Source: a virus
Length of the DNA: 64,000 nt
Strand: one strand, 5' to 3'
IMG/VR virus record: IMGVR_UViG_3300042197_002147
Span: 1 to 64,000 of that record
Numbering within the stretch: the first letter of the stretch is position 1; the number at the start of each line of letters is the position of its first letter. A program made the position numbers and the translations under genes. The notes under the pieces were generated by a model. That model made no database searches. It saw only the letters and a list, made by a program, of their open reading frames with translations, and was not told where the DNA came from. Positions 57,520 to 64,000 of the stretch are shown here, piece after piece.

Positions 57520-59012
57520 TTACGATAAATGAATTAGATTCCGTCAATATAAAAATTGATTGCGATAGATCTATCGCAAAGGAAATTAGTTCGTTTTTTA
57601 CATTTACTGTTCCAAATTTTAAATTCACTCCTGCATATAGAAATAAAATATGGGATGGAAAAATAAGACTTTTCAACAGTTTAAGTCACACTTTATATGC
57701 GGGTCTACTTGATTATGTTTTTAAATTTGCAGAAGAAAGAAACTATAAAGTAGAATATAAACCAAAACCAAAACAAACAATATCAATAGAAAAATTGAAT
57801 GAATTTTTAAATTCATTTAAGTGCTATTCTGGCGGGAAAGAAATAACACCCCACGAACATCAAATAGAAGCAGTTAAACACGCTATAAACAAATCTAGAG
57901 CACTTCTAATATCACCAACAGGTAGTGGTAAATCACTGATAATTTATCTATTGATTAGATTCTTAGAATCACAAATACCTGATGATAGTCAAATACTTAT
58001 TGTTGTGCCAACAACTGGATTAGTTACGCAGATGTTTAATGACTTTAAAGATTATGCAAACAAAGACGGTTTTATTAAAAAATGTCACATTGTTTACTCT
58101 GGTCAAGAAAAACAAACAAATAAAAAAGTAATAATTTCAACTTGGCAAAGTATTTACAAACAAAAAGAAGATTTCTTTAAAAACATATATTGTGTGTTTG
58201 GTGATGAATGTCACTTATTTAAAGCAAAATCTTTGACTACCCTGATGTCAAAAATGAAAAATTGTCCATTTAGAATAGGAACAACTGGAACTCTTGATGG
58301 TACTCATGTACATAAACTTGTAGTAGAAGGTCTTTTTGGTCCTGTATACAGCGTGACATCAACTAAAACACTGATTGATAAAAATTTATTGTCAAATTTA
58401 AAAATAAAATGTTTACTACTTCAATATACAGATCAAGAAGTTCAAGAAATAAAAAGAGCAAAATATATTGACGAGGTACAGTGGCTTGTTCAAAATAAAA
58501 AAAGAAACAAATTTATAGTAAATCTATGTTGTCATCTAAAAGGGAATACCTTAGTTCTTTTCAATTATGTTGAAAAGCATGGATTACCTCTTTTTAAAGA
58601 CATGAAAGCAAATTGCAATAAATCTTGTTTTTTAATTTATGGAGGAACAGAAGCAAGTGAACGAGAAGATATTCGTCAAATAGTAAATAATCAAACAGAT
58701 AGCATACTTGTTGCTTCATATGGTACTTGTTCGACTGGTATAAATATAAAGAACATACACAACATTGTATTTACATCTCCATCTAAATCTGTAGTAAGAG
58801 TACTACAATCCATTGGAAGAGGATTAAGAAAAAGTGAATCTAAAGATAAAGTAGTTGTATATGATATAGGAGATGATTTGCGTCACAAAGCACATAGAAA
58901 CCACGCACTAAGACACATGGATGACCGTATTAACATATATAATAGTGAGAAGTTCTTATATAACTTAACTAGTATACGCCTGGAGGAATTAAATGATTTA
59001 CAAGATTCTTAA
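57516..59012 (+). CDS. uvsW: RNA-DNA/DNA helicase UvsW
   Basis: WDGKIRLF, SPTGSGKSLIIY, STWQS, GDECHLFK, GTTGTL, LQSIGRGLR. Confidence 0.97.
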   Translation: MITINELDSVNIKIDCDRSIAKEISSFFTFTVPNFKFTPAYRNKIWDGKIRLFNSLSHTLYAGLLDYVFKFAEERNYKVEYKPKPKQTISIEKLNEFLNSFKCYSGGKEITPHEHQIEAVKHAINKSRALLISPTGSGKSLIIYLLIRFLESQIPDDSQILIVVPTTGLVTQMFNDFKDYANKDGFIKKCHIVYSGQEKQTNKKVIISTWQSIYKQKEDFFKNIYCVFGDECHLFKAKSLTTLMSKMKNCPFRIGTTGTLDGTHVHKLVVEGLFGPVYSVTSTKTLIDKNLLSNLKIKCLLLQYTDQEVQEIKRAKYIDEVQWLVQNKKRNKFIVNLCCHLKGNTLVLFNYVEKHGLPLFKDMKANCNKSCFLIYGGTEASEREDIRQIVNNQTDSILVASYGTCSTGINIKNIHNIVFTSPSKSVVRVLQSIGRGLRKSESKDKVVVYDIGDDLRHKAHRNHALRHMDDRINIYNSEKFLYNLTSIRLEELNDLQDS

Positions 59013-59730
59013 ACTAAAAAGTGGCGAAGAACTAATTGCTGAAATAACAGATAAAAATAGAAGAACTATGACATTGACTAGACCAATGGTTTTTCGAACA
59101 ACAACCATGATGGATCCTATTGGTCGTCCTTATGACATGACAATACTAAAAGATTGGTTGATTCATAGTCAATCAAAGGAAGTTGAAATTCCTAAAAATC
59201 ATGTTGCTTCAATTATAGATCCAAATCCAGAAACAACTAAACTATACAATTTAGAAGTAACTCGTTTGGACAACATAATTCAAGAAACAAAACAAATAAC
59301 AGATGAGGACATAGTAAATAAATTAAAAGAAAAGAAAAAATTACTTACTGATGAACAAGTAATTAATGAAATCTTTGGTAATTTGTTTAAAGAAATGGAA
59401 GAAATGGGACAAGATGCATACAATAAAATAGCAGATTTGCCAGAACTTCCACCAGAAAATAATGTAATAGATCAAGACAATTCAGAAAATTCTGATTTTA
59501 TTGAGCGTCCTATGATTTATATTTCAATGATGCTTCCTCCAGAAGCAATAATGGATTTAATGAACGCAGGAATATTAAATCCAAAGCAATTATCAAAAAT
59601 TGCAAAAAAGATTAAAAAAGATAATAAATTTACAGGTGATGAAAAAGATCACCCAAATTATGGTAATCGTTGGACTGATTGGAGTCCCGATCCAAACTCA
59701 GATGATTATGATGGCCCCAAGAGTACTTAA
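58993..59730 (+). CDS. Conserved T4-like hypothetical protein with an Sm-like N-terminus
   Basis: KILKLKSGEELIAE N-terminus; usual position between uvsW and gp55; GGAGG RBS. Confidence 0.7.
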   Translation: MIYKILKLKSGEELIAEITDKNRRTMTLTRPMVFRTTTMMDPIGRPYDMTILKDWLIHSQSKEVEIPKNHVASIIDPNPETTKLYNLEVTRLDNIIQETKQITDEDIVNKLKEKKKLLTDEQVINEIFGNLFKEMEEMGQDAYNKIADLPELPPENNVIDQDNSENSDFIERPMIYISMMLPPEAIMDLMNAGILNPKQLSKIAKKIKKDNKFTGDEKDHPNYGNRWTDWSPDPNSDDYDGPKST

Positions 59731-59778
59731 AGCTTCTTTATTAAAGCTCTATACTTCTTCTTCATACCAGACACAGGA

Positions 59779-59807
59779 ATTGTAATAATGGTGTCAAGTG
59801 TTGTCAA
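59779..59807 (-). promoter_or_regulatory. Near-consensus sigma70 promoter pointing antisense (leftward)
   Basis: Minus strand TTGACA (59807-59802), 17 bp spacer, TACAAT (59784-59779); a second TTGACA at 59797-59792. Confidence 0.7.
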
Positions 59808-59826
59808 GAGATTTTTTACAAATTTC

Positions 59827-59854
59827 TTGATTTTTGAATTTTAGTCGTTATAAT
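59827..59854 (+). promoter_or_regulatory. Sigma70-like promoter for the gp55-gp47-SET-gp46 operon
   Basis: TTGATT (59827-59832), 16 bp spacer, TATAAT (59849-59854). Confidence 0.68.
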
Positions 59855-59871
59855 CTGTGCATGGGTAAATT

Positions 59872-60477
59872 ATGAAAAAGAAAAAGAAAAAAGAAGAATC
59901 AGTAGAAGAAATAATTCAGTCAGAAGAAAAGCAAATTAAAAATTTAAAACATTATATTGATAATGATAAGTTTTGTGATGCTATGATTGAATGGAAAAAG
60001 CAAGTAAGGGCAGCAGAAGCCTGCGACGATCCTAGACCACCAGTAACCGATTATATTGCTGAGTGCTTTTTAAAGATAGCAGAACATTTATCTTATAGAC
60101 CAAATTTTATTAATTATCCTTTTAGAGAGGATATGGTTGGTGATGGTATAGAAAACTGCCTATTATATGCCCATAATTTTGATCCTAAAAAATCAAGCAA
60201 TCCGTTTTCATATTTTACTCAAATAATTTACTATGCCTTTTTACGAAGAATAGAAAAAGAAAAGAAACAAGCTTTTGTTAAATATAAAGCTTTACAAATG
60301 ACTGATATGGATGGTAGATTCACAGAGTGGTTGAGAGAAAATCAAGGTTCTCATACATACAGTGAATTTTTACAGAAAACTTTTTTCTTGACAGAACAAG
60401 ACATCGACAAGATGGAACCAAAAGAAAAGAAAAGAAAAAAGAAGAAAAGAAAAAAGAAATCTAATTACTTTGATTAA
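59872..60477 (+). CDS. gp55: Late transcription sigma factor gp55
   Basis: HYIDN..F, YIAECFLKIA.HLSYRPNF.NY.FREDM..DGIENC..Y..NFDP.KS.NPF.YFTQIIYYAFLRRI.KEKKQ. Confidence 0.98.
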   Translation: MKKKKKKEESVEEIIQSEEKQIKNLKHYIDNDKFCDAMIEWKKQVRAAEACDDPRPPVTDYIAECFLKIAEHLSYRPNFINYPFREDMVGDGIENCLLYAHNFDPKKSSNPFSYFTQIIYYAFLRRIEKEKKQAFVKYKALQMTDMDGRFTEWLRENQGSHTYSEFLQKTFFLTEQDIDKMEPKEKKRKKKKRKKKSNYFD

Positions 60478-60480
60478 ATT

Positions 60481-61533
60481 ATGAAAATTGCAATAATAAA
60501 TGACACTCATTTTGGTGCAAGAAACGACTCACCGTTTTTTCTTGAGCAGTCTTTAGATTTTTTTGAAAAGACATTTTTTCCTTATTTAAAGGAACATAAA
60601 ATACAAAATGTACTTCATTTGGGGGATCTTTTAGATCGAAGGAAGTTTATTAACTTCAATACTTTAGCTCAAGTAAAGAAAAGATTTTTTAATCCATTAA
60701 TCGAAAACAATGTAAATATCCATATAACGGTTGGAAATCACGATACTTATTATAAAAATACAAATTCTTTAAATTCTTTAAGAGAACTTTTTTACAAAGA
60801 AAGTTCTTTTATTCACATTCACGAAAATCCTGTAGAGTTAAATTTTGACGGTTTATGCATTGGAATGATTCCGTGGATTGCAAAGGATAATGAACAAGAA
60901 TGTTTAACTTTTATAAAAAATTGTAAATGTCCAATAGTTGTTGGTCATTTTGAAATAAAAGGATTTCAAGTAATAAATGGAGTTGTTCATCCACACGGAA
61001 TTACTGAAAAAGAATTCAATCGTTTTGAGATGGTATTGTCTGGTCATTTCCATATGAAACAAAGTGGAAAAAACATTCACTATTTGGGAACACAATATCA
61101 ACTTAATTTTGGAGATGCAAATACTATAAAAGGATTTCATGTTCTGGATACAGTTACGAGAGAATTAGAATTTATAAAAAATCCGATAGAAATATTTCAT
61201 ACAATAAAATATGATGATGAGAAAGAAACAACCAAGAAGTTATTGATTTCTGATATTTCAAAATATAAAAATTGTTTTGTAAAAATAATTGTCTCGAATA
61301 AAACAAGAGCATATGATTTTGACAAATTTATAGATTCCTTGTATGCTGTCCCGGCACAAGAAGTTTCTATAATAGAGGATTATCAGGAAAAACAAACAGA
61401 AACAGATATTGATATTGCCGAGGATACACTTAGCATTATAAATAAAGAGATAGATAGTTTAGAGAGTATAGAAAACAAGACAAAGTTAAAGGTTCTTGTG
61501 AAAGATTTATATATGGAGAGTTTGACTTTATGA
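60481..61533 (+). CDS. gp47: Recombination endonuclease gp47 (Mre11/SbcD-like)
   Basis: MKIAII.DTHFGAR, HLGD..DRRK, GNHD.YYKNTN, GHFE..GF, SGHFH. Confidence 0.97.
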   Translation: MKIAIINDTHFGARNDSPFFLEQSLDFFEKTFFPYLKEHKIQNVLHLGDLLDRRKFINFNTLAQVKKRFFNPLIENNVNIHITVGNHDTYYKNTNSLNSLRELFYKESSFIHIHENPVELNFDGLCIGMIPWIAKDNEQECLTFIKNCKCPIVVGHFEIKGFQVINGVVHPHGITEKEFNRFEMVLSGHFHMKQSGKNIHYLGTQYQLNFGDANTIKGFHVLDTVTRELEFIKNPIEIFHTIKYDDEKETTKKLLISDISKYKNCFVKIIVSNKTRAYDFDKFIDSLYAVPAQEVSIIEDYQEKQTETDIDIAEDTLSIINKEIDSLESIENKTKLKVLVKDLYMESLTL

Positions 61534-62345
61534 ACACAAATGAAATGCCAACAAAAGAAAATCGTCCAGATGTTTTTGATCCAAGTGTTTACCGGCCGGG
61601 AGAAAACGACATGGCTCCCATTTATGATGAATATGGATATCCGGCAAGACACTCACATAGTTACTATGTTTCTGCCTATATAAGAAAAGAAAATAAATTT
61701 GCAGTCAAAAACAAATTTATACAACCAAAGGTATATGTTGGTAAATCAAAAATAAGTGGGTTGGGTGTATTTGCTTCAGAGGATATTCCCGCAGGAGAAA
61801 TAATTGAACAATGTCCGGTTGTTTTGTTGGATACAACATTTCAACAAAATAAAGACTGGGTATTAAACAGGTACGCATTTACATGGGGATGTGGATGTCA
61901 GATATGTCAAAAACACGGTCATACAATGGCATTAGTTTTGGGAAATGGAATGATTTATAATCATTCGGAAGAACCAAACTCATATTGGACACAGGATACA
62001 GCATTAAAATATTTTACTTTACATTCTATTGTTGATATAAAGAAAGATGAAGAAATTGTTTGGTACTATGGTGCTGGATACTCTATGAGATTAAAGATGG
62101 AAGCAGCGATGACATTTGAAAGAGGAACGCCTGAGGGATGGCCCGGCGACGGTGCAAATCTACCAGCAAAGGGTTGCACATCTTGCGGGAACAATAACAA
62201 GCAACCAGAAACAGAACCAATTGAACTATTAAAAGAAGAAAATAATGAAACTGAAAATAAAAGTAATGCAGATCAACTACTTTTTAGGTCAATGGTTGTC
62301 CCGGAGAAAATTTTAAATGATAAAGTTCAAGAAGGTACGGTTTAA
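61530..62345 (+). CDS. SET-domain protein, putative lysine methyltransferase
   Basis: SKISGLGVFA.EDI.AGEIIE.CP (motif I), G.G.IYNHSEEPN (NHS..PN), DIKKDEEI.W.YG; extra CGCQIC and downstream CTSC. Confidence 0.88.
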   Translation: MNTNEMPTKENRPDVFDPSVYRPGENDMAPIYDEYGYPARHSHSYYVSAYIRKENKFAVKNKFIQPKVYVGKSKISGLGVFASEDIPAGEIIEQCPVVLLDTTFQQNKDWVLNRYAFTWGCGCQICQKHGHTMALVLGNGMIYNHSEEPNSYWTQDTALKYFTLHSIVDIKKDEEIVWYYGAGYSMRLKMEAAMTFERGTPEGWPGDGANLPAKGCTSCGNNNKQPETEPIELLKEENNETENKSNADQLLFRSMVVPEKILNDKVQEGTV

Positions 62346-64000
62346 AAATTTTGGATCTTTTGGTAACAATTTTACTGAACTAATTCTTGATAAAAATCCA
62401 ACAACACTAATATGTGGAAACAATGGAAGCGGAAAATCCTTCGCTTTCCTTGATTCCATTACTTTTGCGTTGTTTGGAAAACCTTTTAGAAAAATAAACA
62501 TACCACAACTTGTAAATTCTGTAAATGATAAGAATTGTCTAGTTGAAATAGAGTTTACTAAAGGAAATGATGAGTATTTAGTTCGTCGTGGGTTGAATCC
62601 AAAAGTATTTGAAATTCACAGAAATAATGTTTTAGTTAATCAAGATGCAAAAAGTCTTGATTATCAAGAGGTTCTTGAGGATCAAATCCTAAAGATGAAT
62701 TATAAAACATTTACTCAAGTTGTAATTCTTGGCAGTTCTTCATTTGTTCCTTTTATGCAATTGGCTGCTGCTGATCGTAGAGCAGTTATTGAGAATATTT
62801 TGGATATTAATGTTTTCAGTACCATGAATGTTTTGCTTAAGGGTAAAATGATGCAACTTAAGGAAATAATAAAAGAAATAACTAATAAAATAGAAATTGA
62901 AAACCAAAAAATATTATTACAATCTCAGTTTATTAGTACTCTTGAGAACAAAAGTAAAGAGGATAAAAAGGGTTTAAATGAAAAAACCAATTCTTTATCT
63001 CTAGAGATTCAGAATTTACAAATAGAAATTGACTCTCTAGACTTAGAAGTAAAAAATATATTAACTTCAGTTGAAGATGAAACTAAGACAAATAAATCAT
63101 TTTCTGATTTAGAAAAACTTAGAACAAAAATATACATTAATTTTAAGAATTTAGAAAAAGATATAGAATTTTTTGAAACAAATACATCTTGTCCTTCTTG
63201 CAATCAAAAAATAGATGAAACAATAAAAGTAGAGGAAGTAAAAAAGAAGGAAGAAAAAAGAAAAGAATACGAAAAAGCATTGAATGATCTTGATAATAAT
63301 ATTGAAAAAATTTCTGATAAAATAAAAGAAATTAAGGAAACCAATAAAAAAATTCAAGATTTAAATTTACAAATAGTTCAAAAGAAGACATCAATAAAAA
63401 ATGCAGAAAAATATCGTGAATCTCTCGTTAAAGAATTAAACGATATGGGTACATCGACAGAGCAAATAAAAGAAGAAATTAAAAAACTGGAAAATTTAAA
63501 ACAATTTATTGCTGGTCTTGAAAAAGAAAAAAATGAGCATAAAGAAGAATTATTGTATCACGAACATGCTCATATACTTTTGAAAGATTCGGGAGTTAAA
63601 GCAAAAATTATTAAGTATTATCTTCCTTATATGAACAAATATATTAATAAGTTTTTATCTTCTATGGATTTCTTTGCACAGTTTACACTTGACGAAGATT
63701 TCAATGAAAAAATTAAAAGCAGACACCGAGATGAATTTAGTTATATGAATTTCAGTGAAGGTGAAAAAATGCGTATAGATTTGGCCTTGTTATTGGCTTG
63801 GAGAGAAATAGCAAGAACAAAAAATAGTGTAAACTGCAATTTATTAATATTGGATGAGGTTTTTGATTCATCTTTAGATTCTCTTGGCATGGATGAACTT
63901 ATGAAATTACTGAATACAGTAAGTGATAAATCAAATATATTTGTTATAAGTCATAAGTCCGATCAATTAGTTGATAAATTTCAAAACTTAATTGGATTTG
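62317..64000 (+). CDS. gp46: Recombination ATPase gp46 (Rad50/SbcC-like), partial at window end
   Basis: ATG 62317 after GGAG; MIKFKKVRFKNFGSFGN, Walker A GNNGSGKS, zinc hook CPSC, signature FSEGEK.RIDL, Walker B LILDE.FDSSLD; absent from the ORF track because no stop falls within the window. Confidence 0.96.
   Translation, partial: MIKFKKVRFKNFGSFGNNFTELILDKNPTTLICGNNGSGKSFAFLDSITFALFGKPFRKINIPQLVNSVNDKNCLVEIEFTKGNDEYLVRRGLNPKVFEIHRNNVLVNQDAKSLDYQEVLEDQILKMNYKTFTQVVILGSSSFVPFMQLAAADRRAVIENILDINVFSTMNVLLKGKMMQLKEIIKEITNKIEIENQKILLQSQFISTLENKSKEDKKGLNEKTNSLSLEIQNLQIEIDSLDLEVKNILTSVEDETKTNKSFSDLEKLRTKIYINFKNLEKDIEFFETNTSCPSCNQKIDETIKVEEVKKKEEKRKEYEKALNDLDNNIEKISDKIKEIKETNKKIQDLNLQIVQKKTSIKNAEKYRESLVKELNDMGTSTEQIKEEIKKLENLKQFIAGLEKEKNEHKEELLYHEHAHILLKDSGVKAKIIKYYLPYMNKYINKFLSSMDFFAQFTLDEDFNEKIKSRHRDEFSYMNFSEGEKMRIDLALLLAWREIARTKNSVNCNLLILDEVFDSSLDSLGMDELMKLLNTVSDKSNIFVISHKSDQLVDKFQNLIGF

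Noticed and set aside
1-64000. CRISPR array, tRNA or rRNA genes
   Set aside because: Intergenic gaps are very short; no repeat-spacer periodicity or cloverleaf seen; all tandem repeats lie in coding sequence
46781-64000. Introns, inteins or homing endonucleases in terminase, portal, capsid, uvsW or gp46/47
   Set aside because: These genes are continuous and of ordinary length, with no intein or HNH/GIY-YIG/LAGLIDADG motifs
1-64000. Alternative genetic code (stop codon reassignment)
   Set aside because: Core genes are full length under the standard code, and TAA, TGA and TAG all end genes at sensible positions

Overview
This window is an AT-rich, densely coding segment of a large T4-like myophage genome, read in the standard genetic code. 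It begins with gp33 and gp32, followed by a minus-strand block (tape-measure-like protein, gp51, gp26, gp54, gp4). A long plus-strand virion cluster follows: gp48, gp53, a greatly enlarged gp27-like hub, gp25, gp6, gp7, gp8, a roughly 24 kb fibre/adhesin array, gp13-gp23 and gp3. The window ends with uvsY, uvsW, gp55, gp47, a SET-domain gene and a partial gp46. Most notable observations: (1) a tandem family of fibre proteins built from a shared N-terminal motif, a collagen-like segment, four 'GxCC' cysteine repeats and different tips (DUF1566/C-lectin-like, polyproline plus Gly/Cys-rich, or a long Ig/PKD chain), two of them forming a near-identical duplicated cassette; (2) a candidate programmed -1 frameshift fusing gp26 to gp51 just upstream of the tape-measure-like gene; (3) a SET-domain methyltransferase wedged between gp47 and gp46; (4) regulatory structures including an RBS-occluding hairpin overlapping the gp13 late promoter, a near-consensus antisense sigma70 promoter and apparently leaderless early genes. 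All family assignments come from motif recognition and synteny by eye; no database searches were run.
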